Source: Methylotenera sp. (GTDB taxonomy: Bacteria; Pseudomonadota; Gammaproteobacteria; Burkholderiales; Methylophilaceae). Taken from it: DNA of 64,000 nucleotides. Below are positions 36,883-47,400 of the stretch, piece by piece. The notes beneath the pieces were generated by a model that saw only the letters and a program-made list of their open reading frames with translations, was not told the origin of the DNA and searched no databases. Every line of letters begins with the position of its first letter. The first letter of the stretch is position 1. The DNA lies in the NCBI GenBank assembly GCA_031369365.1, contig JANMOP010000014.1, positions 4,680 to 68,679 on the forward strand, in the 5' to 3' direction. Made by a program: the position numbers and the translations under genes.

Positions 36883-37344
36883 TTATAGCTTTAATTGATA
36901 CATTTCACCTAATCTTTTTAGCGCATCCACATTCGTCCAGCTAAAAACGCGTGTTGCGGCCTCGCGCCAATCTACCCATTCATAGCGTAAATGCTCATCT
37001 GGGGCTAATTTGATTGGTAACGGTGACGGAAGTTCTAAGCCGAACAAATGCTCGGTATTTTCCACCACGCCTGGTGCGTAACGATAGCGCCAATGCGGGT
37101 AAATTTCATATACGTTAGAAGCTTGCCAATCTTGCAAATTATATTGAGTAGCGTCCAAGCCAGTTTCTTCAAACACCTCACGAATAGACGCTTGCAGCGG
37201 CGTTTCATCACCTTCAATACTACCCGTAACAGATTGCCAAAAGCCTGCTTTATCGGCACGCTCCATGATTAATACTTGCAAATCGGGTGTGCGCGATTTT
37301 TGTGTATAAACCAGCACCAGCGCTGAAATTGGCGTTTTAAACAT
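36883..37344 (-). CDS. nudB: Dihydroneopterin triphosphate diphosphatase (Nudix)
   Basis: FK.PISALV, WQSVTGS, Nudix box A..REV.EETG and FSWTN motifs. Confidence 0.93.
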   Translation of the reverse strand: MFKTPISALVLVYTQKSRTPDLQVLIMERADKAGFWQSVTGSIEGDETPLQASIREVFEETGLDATQYNLQDWQASNVYEIYPHWRYRYAPGVVENTEHLFGLELPSPLPIKLAPDEHLRYEWVDWREAATRVFSWTNVDALKRLGEMYQLKL

Positions 37345-37347
37345 TTT

Positions 37348-38316
37348 TTATATGGTTTTTTGTGCAGAAGTTAAATTTTTTGGCAATTGAAATACCACGC
37401 TTTCTACCACGCCGTGCAGTTCTTGCACCTCATTCGCACCAAAAGCTTGTAATTTTGAAATCACATCTTTCACTAAAATTTCGGGCGCAGAAGCGCCTGC
37501 AGATACGCCAATTTTATTTTTACCAATCAACCATTCAGCCTTTAAATGGCTTGCATTATCCACCATGTAAGCTTCAACGCCTTGATTTTGTGCGACTTCG
37601 CGCAGGCGATTAGAGTTTGAACTATTGGGTGAGCCAACAATAATCACTAAATCGCAATCCTTCGCCATAATTTTCACCGCATCTTGGCGGTTTTGCGTGG
37701 CGTAGCAAATATCATCGCTTTTAGGCGCGTGAATATTGGGGAATTTCGTTTGCAGCGCATTAATTACTAAGGCTGCATCGTCCATAGAAAGCGTGGTTTG
37801 TGTGACAAACGCCAATTTTTCAGCATCTTTAACGATTAATTTTTTAACATCTTCGGGCGTTTCTACCAAATACATGCCTTCTCTAGATTGCCCCATTGTG
37901 CCTTCGACCTCGGGGTGGCCTTTATGGCCTATCATCACAATTTCCATGCCCGCTTTACGCATTTTGGCCACTTCGATATGTACTTTTGTGACTAAGGGAC
38001 AAGTTGCGTCAAAGGCAATTAAACCGCGGGTTACCGCCTCTATACGCACCGCTTTTGAAACGCCGTGCGCGCTGAAAATCACCGTGCTGCCAGTGGGGAT
38101 TTCATCGAGTTCTTGCACAAAAACTGCACCTTTGGCGCGCAGTTCATCCACCACAAATTTATTGTGCACCACCTCGTTACGCACATAAATGGGCGCGCCA
38201 AATTTCTCTAAAGCTTGTTCTACAATAATAATGGCGCGATCTACCCCAGCACAAAAGCCGCGCGGGTTGGCTAACACTATATTGGCTGGTATTTCGGTTT
38301 GTTGGTTCATATTCAA
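37348..38316 (-). CDS. ispH: 4-hydroxy-3-methylbut-2-enyl diphosphate reductase
   Basis: [27 protein letters not shown] and SSNS.RL motifs. Confidence 0.97.
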   Translation of the reverse strand: MNMNQQTEIPANIVLANPRGFCAGVDRAIIIVEQALEKFGAPIYVRNEVVHNKFVVDELRAKGAVFVQELDEIPTGSTVIFSAHGVSKAVRIEAVTRGLIAFDATCPLVTKVHIEVAKMRKAGMEIVMIGHKGHPEVEGTMGQSREGMYLVETPEDVKKLIVKDAEKLAFVTQTTLSMDDAALVINALQTKFPNIHAPKSDDICYATQNRQDAVKIMAKDCDLVIIVGSPNSSNSNRLREVAQNQGVEAYMVDNASHLKAEWLIGKNKIGVSAGASAPEILVKDVISKLQAFGANEVQELHGVVESVVFQLPKNLTSAQKTI

Positions 38317-38425
38317 ACTGTCATCTTGTATTTGTTAAAACTCTCGTGTTTATTAAAGCGCATGAATTTATAAAAGCTATAAGGCCATCAGGTATAATCG
38401 CATCAATTTTCAATTAGCTAAGTAT

Positions 38426-39280
38426 ATGAAAAATACCGCAACCTTACTCATTACCTGCCCCGATGCACGCGGCATTGTGGCGGCGATAGCTGATTTTTTA
38501 TATCAGCATAATGCCAATATTTTACACGCAGACCAGCATCAAGATGCAGAAAATAATCTGTTTTTAATGCGTGTAGAGTGGGATGTAGCAGGTTTTAATT
38601 TAGATGAAGCCAGCTTTGATGCGGCTTTTGCGCCAATTGCCAGCAAATTTAATATGGTTTGGCAATTAAAACTCTCACAACACAAAACGCGTGTGGCGAT
38701 TATGGTCTCGCAGTACGACCATTGTTTGGCAGATTTGTTGCACCGTTTTAAGAGCGGTGAGCTGGTGTGCGAAATTCCACTGATTATTAGTAACCATCGC
38801 GATACTGAGGCTTTGGCTAAATTTTACGGCATTGATTTTCACCATATTGAGGTGAGTAAAGATAACAAGCCGCAGGCCGAGGCCACACAGTTTAAATTGT
38901 TTGACGACTACAAAATTGATTTAATTGTGCTGGCACGCTACATGCAGATTTTGTCGCCCGATTTTGTCGCGCGCTATCCTCAACGCATTATTAATATTCA
39001 CCATTCGTTCTTGCCCGCTTTTGTTGGTGCAAAGCCTTATCATCGTGCATTTGAGCGTGGCGTGAAACTGATAGGCGCCACCAGCCATTATGTGACAGAG
39101 GTATTAGACGAAGGCCCGATTATCGAGCAGAATATTGATAGAATTTCGCATCGTGATCAGGTAGAAGATTTGATTCAAAAAGGTCGTGATTTGGAGCGCT
39201 CGGTGTTAGCAAAAGCCGTACGCTGGCATATTGAAAACCGTATTTTATTGTATGCGAATAAAACGGTGATTTTTGATTAA
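38426..39280 (+). CDS. purU: Formyltetrahydrofolate deformylase
   Basis: N-terminal ACT domain (CPD..GIV); INIHHSFLPAF.GA.PY and GVKLIGATSHYV motifs. Confidence 0.96.
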   Translation: MKNTATLLITCPDARGIVAAIADFLYQHNANILHADQHQDAENNLFLMRVEWDVAGFNLDEASFDAAFAPIASKFNMVWQLKLSQHKTRVAIMVSQYDHCLADLLHRFKSGELVCEIPLIISNHRDTEALAKFYGIDFHHIEVSKDNKPQAEATQFKLFDDYKIDLIVLARYMQILSPDFVARYPQRIINIHHSFLPAFVGAKPYHRAFERGVKLIGATSHYVTEVLDEGPIIEQNIDRISHRDQVEDLIQKGRDLERSVLAKAVRWHIENRILLYANKTVIFD

Positions 39281-39285
39281 GCCTT

Positions 39286-39323
39286 GAGTTTTTTTAAGAG
39301 TTTTTTTAAGAGTTTTTTTTGAG
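39286..39323. repeat. Short tandem repeat (GAGTTTTTTTAA)2 plus a partial third unit
   Basis: Read directly from the sequence after the purU stop. Confidence 0.7.
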
Positions 39324-39333
39324 ATTTAAGCGT

Positions 39334-39368
39334 AAAAAAAGCGAGGCGCCAATGTGGCCTCGCTTTTT
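39334..39368. terminator. Bidirectional terminator between purU and the small secreted ORF
   Basis: AAAAAAA-GCGAGGC-N9-GCCTCGC-TTTTTT. Confidence 0.85.
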
Positions 39369-39381
39369 TATTGGTAAGTGA

Positions 39382-39519
39382 TTATTCTGCAGCAGGTGCG
39401 TCTAATGCTGGTGGCGCAACTTCTTCTTCTGGAGCAATTTCTGGCAATGCTTCATCAGCATAAACAACAGAAACATTTAAAGCGGCTAAGGCTAACAACA
39501 TAGCAAACAAACTTTTCAT
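39382..39519 (-). CDS. 45-aa secreted acidic peptide (MKSLFAMLLALAALNVSVVYA-DEALPEIAPEEEVAPPALDAPAAE), not in ORF track
   Basis: AGGGG RBS at 39526-39530, ATG 39519, Sec-type signal peptide ending VYA, TAA 39384-39382, then a terminator. Confidence 0.75.
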   Translation of the reverse strand: MKSLFAMLLALAALNVSVVYADEALPEIAPEEEVAPPALDAPAAE

Positions 39520-39640
39520 ACTTTTCCCCTTGGTAAAATATCTTTATAAAAATAAATGTCTATTAATAATTAACGCCGAAACAACAATTTACACTGACTT
39601 TTATTCGCTGGCAACATAAATACAACATAAATAAAGGAGC

Positions 39641-40927
39641 TTAATCTATGGGTAAATTTAGGCAGCTTTCTAGTGCAAATAAATCGGCTATTTTTTCGCG
39701 CTGACGCACTACAAAAACTTGGTCGCCATCTACTATGACTTCGGCCGCACGGCCGCGTGTATTATAGTTGCTGGCCATACTCATACCATATGCCCCAGCC
39801 GACATAATGGCGAGTAAATCACCCTCGTTCAAGTTTAAATTTCTATCATGGCCTAAAAAATCGCCACTTTCGCACACGGGGCCTACAATTTCATACACTT
39901 CAGCCTTGCCTGTGCGTGGTGCAACTGCCTGAATATCGTGAAAAGCATCGTACAAAGCAGGTCGCATCAGGTCATTCATGGCGGCATCTACAATGGCGAA
40001 ATTTTTAGGCTTATCCATCTTCAAACCTTGCTCCGAACCTTGGCCCATTTTTAAATATTCAACTTTGGTCAATAATACGCCTGCATTGCCCACCAATGCT
40101 CGGCCTGGCTCAAACAGTAGTTTTACATTACGATTAGTCAGTTTGGCTAAAATCGCTTTGACGTAAGTTTTAAATTCGGGTGGCGTTTCGTCCGCATAAG
40201 TAATGCCAATGCCGCCACCCACATCGATGTGGCTAATATGAATACCTTTGGCTTCTAGTTTATCTACCAAGCCTAAAATTAAATCCAGCGCCTCAATAAA
40301 CGGCGCTAATTCGGTAATTTGCGAGCCGATATGACAATCGACGCCATGCACGGTGATATTCGGCATAGCGGCGGCTTGCTCATAAACGCTAATCGCCTCG
40401 TCAAACGCCACACCAAACTTATTATTTTTTAAACCAGTGGAAATATATGGGTGGGTTTTGGCATCTACATTCGGATTCACGCGCAAAGACACTGGCGCAA
40501 TTTTGCCCATTTCACCAGCCACTGCATTCAAGCGTATTAGCTCGCTTGCCGATTCCACATTAAAGCAAAAAATACCCGCGTTTAAAGCCGCGCGCATTTC
40601 ATCGGCAGTTTTACCCACGCCAGAAAACACAATTTTTTGCGGGTCGCCACCTGCGGCCAAAACACGCGCCAGCTCGCCACCAGACACAATATCAAAGCCC
40701 GCACCCATCTTGGCAAACAAATTCAAAATGGCAATGTTGGGGTTAGCTTTTACGGCAAAACACACCAAATGGTTTGTACCAATTAGCCCCGCACTAAAAT
40801 TTGTAAAGGCACGTGTTAAAGCGGCTTTACTGTAAACATAACACGGTGTGCTAAATTCTTGTGCTATGCGCTCAAGCGCAATATTTTCGGCATGTAATTT
40901 GCCGTTTTTTAAATTAAATATATTCAC
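39641..40927 (-). CDS. lysA: Diaminopimelate decarboxylase
   Basis: FAVKAN (PLP Lys), DIVSGGEL, HIGSQ, EPGR and GPVCESGD motifs. Confidence 0.97.
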   Translation of the reverse strand: MNIFNLKNGKLHAENIALERIAQEFSTPCYVYSKAALTRAFTNFSAGLIGTNHLVCFAVKANPNIAILNLFAKMGAGFDIVSGGELARVLAAGGDPQKIVFSGVGKTADEMRAALNAGIFCFNVESASELIRLNAVAGEMGKIAPVSLRVNPNVDAKTHPYISTGLKNNKFGVAFDEAISVYEQAAAMPNITVHGVDCHIGSQITELAPFIEALDLILGLVDKLEAKGIHISHIDVGGGIGITYADETPPEFKTYVKAILAKLTNRNVKLLFEPGRALVGNAGVLLTKVEYLKMGQGSEQGLKMDKPKNFAIVDAAMNDLMRPALYDAFHDIQAVAPRTGKAEVYEIVGPVCESGDFLGHDRNLNLNEGDLLAIMSAGAYGMSMASNYNTRGRAAEVIVDGDQVFVVRQREKIADLFALESCLNLPID

Positions 40928-40945
40928 AATGTATCTTTTAATTTC

Positions 40946-41182
40946 TTATAAATATGCACTGCAATGCGCATGGATATTGGCTTGCAGGCCTGTGCTGGAA
41001 TGTCTTAGTCCAGTGACATGTTGTTTTTCGTTTATTGGCACGCTATTATTTTCAGCGCCCTGCGGGTAGCGCTGCTCAGGGATATACAACGGCCCTTTAG
41101 TGCCGCAACCAGCTAAAATGGACAAAGTAAGGTATAACATTGCAATAAATAAATTTTGGCTTGTATTTTTTTGGCGCATCAC
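40946..41182 (-). CDS. lptM: LptM/LppL-family small lipoprotein
   Basis: LAGCGTKGPLYIP lipobox motif; upstream of lysA as in many proteobacteria. Confidence 0.75.
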   Translation of the reverse strand: MMRQKNTSQNLFIAMLYLTLSILAGCGTKGPLYIPEQRYPQGAENNSVPINEKQHVTGLRHSSTGLQANIHAHCSAYL

Positions 41183-41351
41183 AATCTCGCAATAAATTTT
41201 GTTATTTATATTTTATCATTGAAAAGTGCAGAAGGCAGAATACAAGGTTTTTTAACCGCTTATTCTGCTAAATTATCCGAATATCGGATACTACTAGACA
41301 AGGCTAGTAAGGCTTTGGCATGATGCAATTAACTGAAAAAGGAAGTACAAA

Positions 41352-41750
41352 ATGAAGTCATTAAAAGTAGGACAAAAAGGGTTTACCTTAATCGAGCTAA
41401 TGATTGTGGTAGCTATTATTGGTATATTGGCGGCTATAGCATTACCGAGTTATAAAGCTTATATAATTAAAAGTAAGCGTAGTGCAGCTCAATCATTTAT
41501 GTTGGATGTGGCAAACAGAGAAAAACAATATTTGTTGGATGCGAGAGCTTATACAACAAGTCTATCTACATTGGGCGCAACAATACCAAATGAAGTTTCA
41601 GCAAACTATACATTTCCGCCGATTGATGTGGATGCAACACCGCCTTCATTTAAGATTACGGCTACGCCAGTTTCAGGCAGCACCCAAGCGGGCGATGGAA
41701 ATTTGACGCTGACCGATACGGGTATTAAAAACCCTAGTAACAAGTGGTAA
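41352..41750 (+). CDS. pilE: Type IV minor pilin PilE
   Basis: Class III signal G|[24 protein letters not shown]; RS.AQS..L..A..EKQY. Confidence 0.88.
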   Translation: MKSLKVGQKGFTLIELMIVVAIIGILAAIALPSYKAYIIKSKRSAAQSFMLDVANREKQYLLDARAYTTSLSTLGATIPNEVSANYTFPPIDVDATPPSFKITATPVSGSTQAGDGNLTLTDTGIKNPSNKW

Positions 41751-41760
41751 TGTGGCGCAC

Positions 41761-42231
41761 ATGAAGCAATTAAAATTATCAGCGGGATTCACACTGGTTG
41801 AGATGATGGTAGTGATTTCTATCATCGCTATATTGGCTGCTGTAGCGACTCCTAGTTTTCAGTCGCTAATTCGCAACCAGCGTATAAAAAACAGTAGCTA
41901 TGAGATGTTTATTAGCTTAATGGTGGCCAGAAGTGAAGCAATTAAACGTAACAACACGGATATTACAGTGGCACCAGTCACTGCGGGGAGCTGGCAGGAT
42001 GGCTGGCAAGTCAGTGCTGGCAGTACTGTTCTAAAAAATCAAGAAGCGTTGAAAGGCATTGCCGTGAGCGGCGCACCAGCCTCGTTAACTTACAAAAGAA
42101 CGGGTCGTTTATCTGCTGCCGCTACGCCCTCGTTCCAATTTGATATTATTCCAGCAGATTCTAATTTTACCCGCTGTATTACTATCGAATTAAGTGGCTT
42201 GCCACGCACTAAAAAAGGAGCGTGCTCATGA
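41761..42231 (+). CDS. fimT: FimT/FimU (GspH-like) pseudopilin
   Basis: G|FTLVEMMVVISII; ARSEAIKRN; W..GW; CITIELSG.P. Start taken at ATG 41761. Confidence 0.85.
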   Translation: MKQLKLSAGFTLVEMMVVISIIAILAAVATPSFQSLIRNQRIKNSSYEMFISLMVARSEAIKRNNTDITVAPVTAGSWQDGWQVSAGSTVLKNQEALKGIAVSGAPASLTYKRTGRLSAAATPSFQFDIIPADSNFTRCITIELSGLPRTKKGACS

Positions 42232-42782
42232 GTTGCCCTACAATCAAGAGCGTTGCAGGTTTCAGCATGATAGAAGTGTTGATTACTATTGTTATACTGA
42301 TGTTCGGCCTATTAGCTTTGGCAGGGTTACAGGGCAGGGCGGTGACGGCGCAGATGGAATCTTATCAGCGCTCGCAAGCATTAATATTGCTGAAAGACAT
42401 GGTAGATCGTATTAGTGCTAATCGTAAAAATGCCGCAGCTTATGTGACTGCATCGGGAACAGCGCTAGGTACTGGGGCTGCCTGCCCCGCGGCAGGTGCA
42501 ACTACCGCCAGCAAAGATTTGAATGATTGGTGCGATGCATTGCTGGGTGCTGCCGAGAAACAAGGCACGTCAAATATCGGTGCAATGATTGGCGCGCGTG
42601 GTTGCATCACTCAGACTGTTGCCCCAGCAACTGGTGTAGCTAGCCAATATCTAGTGGCGGTGGCATGGCAAGGCTTAAACAGTACCGCTACATCAACTAT
42701 CACTTGCGGGCAAAATCGATATGGCAACGAAGGCTTGCGCCGCTTGGTTGCAATTCCTGTCAATATAGCGGACTTGTTTTAA
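42228..42782 (+). CDS. pilV: Type IV pilus modification protein PilV
   Basis: G|FSMIEVLITIVILMFGLLALAGLQ; RSQA..L..DM.DRI.AN. AGGAG RBS and ATGA overlap with fimT. Confidence 0.88.
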   Translation: MSCPTIKSVAGFSMIEVLITIVILMFGLLALAGLQGRAVTAQMESYQRSQALILLKDMVDRISANRKNAAAYVTASGTALGTGAACPAAGATTASKDLNDWCDALLGAAEKQGTSNIGAMIGARGCITQTVAPATGVASQYLVAVAWQGLNSTATSTITCGQNRYGNEGLRRLVAIPVNIADLF

Positions 42783-42783
42783 T

Positions 42784-43812
42784 ATGATTAAACCTATACA
42801 AACTCATGCTTACAAGAGTTGGCAAAAGCAGCGCGGCCTATCGTTGATTGAGCTGATGGTTGCTATCACCATTGGCTTGCTAATTCTTGCGGCGCTTTCT
42901 TCTTTGTTCATCAGTCAAACCAATATCCGTAACGAATTGGATAAGTCGAATCGTATGATTGATAACGGTCGCTACGCACTGGAATTACTGTCAGAAAATA
43001 TTAAACTAGCAGGTTTTTATGATAGCTATGCGCCTATTGGCGCAACCGCCCTTACCCCTACTCCGTGTTCTTTGACAGACATTATCAATGGAACAACAAA
43101 TATTAATGTGCTACTTCATCACGTTCAGGGTTACAACGCCGCTTCGGCATCTAGTACTATCTCTAGTCCACCTTGCAGTCTAACTTCATTGAAGAATGGC
43201 AGTGATATATTAGTGCTGCGTCGCGTCGGTACATCAAGTATCGCAGCCACTGCAGCAGTAGCTAGCACAGCCTATTTGCAGGTTTCATACTGCCATAAAG
43301 ATGTTCCACCTAGTTATAAACTTGCAAGAGGTTCGGCAGGGTTTACTGCCTTACGTAAAAGAAATTGTTCAACAGCTTCTGATTTGCGTCCTTTTGTAGA
43401 GCAAGCCTATTTTGTAACGCCAGATAACGTTGCTGGTGATGGCATCCCTACGCTAAAACGCATAGAACTTGATCCCTCTGGCGCATTTGTGACTACACCT
43501 TTGGTTGAGGGGATAGAGTTTATGCAAGTTGAATATGGGCGAGATATTGATACCGTGGATACCAATCCTGATGGAGTGGCAAATAACTACACTGATGCGC
43601 CTGTAGCTGCAGATTGGCCAAATATCGTATCAATAAAAGTTTTTATCATTGCTAGAAATATCGAAACAACAAGAAACTACACGGACACAAAAACCTACTC
43701 GCTAGGACAAGCTGGAACTTACACACCAGCATCGGCAGATCACTACAAGCGCCACGCATATACTCAGGTGATTCGTTTGGTAAATCCTTCTAGCCGCAGG
43801 GAGGCGCCATGA
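42784..43812 (+). CDS. pilW: Type IV minor pilin PilW
   Basis: G|LSLIELMVAITIGL; DNGRYALELL; LVEGIEFMQVEYG.D motifs. Confidence 0.88.
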   Translation: MIKPIQTHAYKSWQKQRGLSLIELMVAITIGLLILAALSSLFISQTNIRNELDKSNRMIDNGRYALELLSENIKLAGFYDSYAPIGATALTPTPCSLTDIINGTTNINVLLHHVQGYNAASASSTISSPPCSLTSLKNGSDILVLRRVGTSSIAATAAVASTAYLQVSYCHKDVPPSYKLARGSAGFTALRKRNCSTASDLRPFVEQAYFVTPDNVAGDGIPTLKRIELDPSGAFVTTPLVEGIEFMQVEYGRDIDTVDTNPDGVANNYTDAPVAADWPNIVSIKVFIIARNIETTRNYTDTKTYSLGQAGTYTPASADHYKRHAYTQVIRLVNPSSRREAP

Positions 43813-44396
43813 TGCATTCTTGGTATAGAACTAAACTTGGCCGCAGCAAGTTTTGTAATGGGCATCTTAATCAGCGCGGTAGCACTTTATTGGTGGCAAT
43901 GATAATGTTGATATTGCTAACATTAATGGCGATATCTGCCATTAACTCCACAACGTCAAGTATTCAGGTAGTGGGTAATGCCCAATTCCGCGAGGAGGCA
44001 AACGCCGCCGCTCAGCAAGCTATTGAGAAGCTAATCAGTAAAGATTTTACGACTAACCCAAGCGCTTACTCTACTGCTGCATCTGGCACGGTGGACTTTG
44101 GTGTGGCCAGTTATAACGTAACAGTTGCAGTACCTACGTGTACTAGCTCCGTTCCAGTTACTAACGTAGAGCTAAATCGTAGTGTTGCCGCAGATAAGCC
44201 TTGTTTTAATGGCGCGGGTGGGGGTCAGGTGATATTTTTATCTGACGGCACTGTAACATCAACTGGGACATCTTGGTGCAAGAAGCAGAAGTGGGATGTT
44301 GTTGCCACAGTAAGCGACGCCAATAACACAGGAGCGAACACAATCCTGCATCAGGGAGTGTTTAGCAGAATTCCAGTAGAGAGAGGTTGCCCATAA
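43809..44396 (+). CDS. pilX: Type IV minor pilin PilX
   Basis: QRG|STLLVAMIMLILLTLMAISA lacking Glu5 as expected for PilX; GNAQFREEA..AA. Confidence 0.85.
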   Translation: MMHSWYRTKLGRSKFCNGHLNQRGSTLLVAMIMLILLTLMAISAINSTTSSIQVVGNAQFREEANAAAQQAIEKLISKDFTTNPSAYSTAASGTVDFGVASYNVTVAVPTCTSSVPVTNVELNRSVAADKPCFNGAGGGQVIFLSDGTVTSTGTSWCKKQKWDVVATVSDANNTGANTILHQGVFSRIPVERGCP

Positions 44397-44469
44397 TGTT
44401 TATGTGTTCAGCAATATTTTTTACTAATAATGAAAGTAGCTGCCCTCATGGCAGCTTGGAGATAACACC

Positions 44470-47400
44470 ATGAAAAAAATACAACTTATTTTAGCTGGCC
44501 TACTAATTGCCTTAATGGCACATGTATCAACCAGCATGGCGGAAGATACCGACATTTATAGTGGCCGAGGTGGCGCGGCGGGTACACCTAACATAATGAT
44601 TATTATTGATAATGCATCAAACTCAAATGCCCAGATGACAGCTTGTACATACTTGGATGGTAGTACACCTACTGGATCTAATCAGGGTAGCAAGTCCCTA
44701 GATAACTATATGTGCGCGTTGGACAATCTCACGAATCTCCTGACAACCAAAGCCGACGGTAGTGCTTTGGTTAATCTTGGCATTACGACACAGGCGGGTG
44801 TTTACTTGGGGCTAACCCCAGTAAATAATGCTGTTTACACAGGTATTTATCCACATACCGCTGGGCAAACTAATCGTCAGGTACTTTCAAAAGCAATCAG
44901 AGCGTTATCAACTGTGTCTGGTCAGGCTACGCAAGGCACTTCGTTTCAGGAGACTTGGGCATATTATACTGGCGGTAACGGCGGATCGACCAATGTTGGT
45001 ATTAAATCAGGCGTAGCATATGCAGGCACCAATGCAACCACAGGCTGCCAAAAGAATTTTGCTATATTTATTAGCGGAGTAACTAATTCGGCTCATGCCA
45101 ACACCAATGGTAACGAAATTACGAAGCTTACGGCATCTATAGATAATGCAGTAACATCTGGTGCTATTACTGCTACCGAGGGTACGGCACTCAAAGTGCG
45201 GATTGGTGGTTCTTCAGAAGAAAGTCCTTGGGCGGTTGAATGGGCACGTTTCATGCATGGTGTAGACATCAACACCACCACAGAAGGTACTGGGGTACAA
45301 AGCATTACTACTTATTCGATAGCCGCTGGCGACCCTGTGTATCCTGCCGCTATGGGTAGTATGGAAAGATATATTCGTAACACGGCGCAGTATGGCGGCG
45401 GTAAATATTTTGCGGCAAAAAGCTATGCTGATATTTATCAAAGCATTCTTAGAATCCTTAACGAAGTGCAGGCGGTTAACAGCGTGTTCTCTGCTTCTAG
45501 CTTGCCTGTCAGCGTGAACGCACAGGGTACTTTTCTGAACCAAATTTACATGGGTATGTTTCGCCCAGATGAAACTGGCGCGCCAAGATGGGTGGGCAAT
45601 ATGAAGCAGTATCAGTTTGTTGCTACACGCAATGTGAGTACAAATGAAATCGACTTGTTTCTTGGTGATAGTCTAGGTGATCCTGCCATTAGTGCTGGCG
45701 GTACTGGGTTTATTGCACCTGATGCAGTCAGTTACTGGACATGCGGCGGCAACCCTAGCATACGTGCATGTAGCCCAGTGGCAGACCCTACAGCTGGTTT
45801 TTGGGCTAACGATTCAAAAGGCGTGGGCACTACTTATGATTTACCAGATGGGGAGTTTGTGGAAAAAGGTGGCGCGGCTCAGATATTGCGTCTAGCCAAT
45901 TTAACTGCCGATTACACAACCACGGCTGGCAGCGCAACCAATCCACGCAAGCTCTATACCTATTGCCCGAGCGGGGCAAGTTGCAATGCTACCTTGTCTA
46001 ACAGTGCCAACGCTTTTTCAACAGCCAATGTAAATATCGCCAACAATGCATTTGGTGCTTCTTCTTCTTTAGTTGTGAGTAGCATTGTCCGCACAGGCAC
46101 TACAGCATTGGTGACCACTTCTGCAACACATAACTATGCAAATGGCTCTACCGTGACGATTAGTGGCGCAGACCAATCCGAATACAACGTAACGCAGGCT
46201 ATTAATTTTGCAAATCCAAATAGTGCTAATACATTTACTATCACAGGCTTGCCAGATTACCCAACAACGCCATCGGCGGGTGCTTATACGGCTGCTTTGC
46301 ATAACGCTTCCGCACAAGCGATTAGCTCGCTATCGGTTGCAACCGCTACCACAGTCAATGCAAATGGATGCACATCGGGTACTATTCCAAACATCAATTG
46401 TGTGCAAGTCACGGTTACCTTGCCAAGTCATGGTTATAGCAACGGCGATAGCGTTGTAATTGCTGGGGTTTCTCCTGCGCAATACAGTGGTACATTTACC
46501 ATTGCCAGTGTCACAACTAATATGTTTACTTATAAAGTATCAGTAACACCAAGCTCTCCATCGAAAAATGCGTATTCATTAGTATTGCCATCTCCAGCAG
46601 CTAAAACTATTACAAGTATTACCAAGTCTGGCTCAACCAACACTGTTTCAGCGTCGGCTCATGGGTTTTTAGCTGGGCAATCTGTGACGATTTCGGGTTG
46701 TAATGCAGGTTACAACGGCACATGGAGTGTATCTGCTACAAACTTGGCTACAGGGTCTTTTGTAATACTTAGCCCTTCAGGTAACCCAGGAGCCTGCGCC
46801 GCTGGTGCTTCAGTTGTTTTATCTAACCCTGCCATTTCAATATCGGTTGGCAATATCTCTCGTGCCAGCGCCACAGCTAGTGTGGCAACTGCAACGGCTG
46901 CTAGTGCAGTCACGCATAACGCTACCTATAATTTGTCTTACGTGTCGGGCACTGATACTAATGAAGCTGGCTATGCTCCAAAGCCTGGGGCTAGAACAGT
47001 GCTGGTGACTTGTGCATCTGGCACAACGTGTACTACATTTACCTTTGCGTTGAGCACTACGTTTTCTACAACGTTAACCACCAGTAGTGCAACCGTTGCA
47101 TTATCATCAAACCCAGTTACCATAGTAGCGGGGAAAATCACTCGCTCTGCTACCACAGCTACCGTCACTGGTGTAAGCAATACTTTTACCAATGGGCAGT
47201 TCATTGATATTGGTGTGTCTGGTTCTGCGATTGGCACCGAGAGCGCCTACCTTAGCCCTGCGGCTGGTTGGCAAATTACCTGCCCTATTTCATGCAGCAC
47301 TGCATTTAGCTTTGGGCCAGTCATTCTGTCACCTTCAACCCCAGCAACCACTGGGTCGACGATACGTGCTTTCCAAGGGTCAACCCCGCCCGACAAAAAC

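Noticed and set aside
41305-41335. Sigma-54 promoter for pilE (TGGCAT...)
   Set aside because: The GC dinucleotide is not at the required 10-nt spacing from GG.
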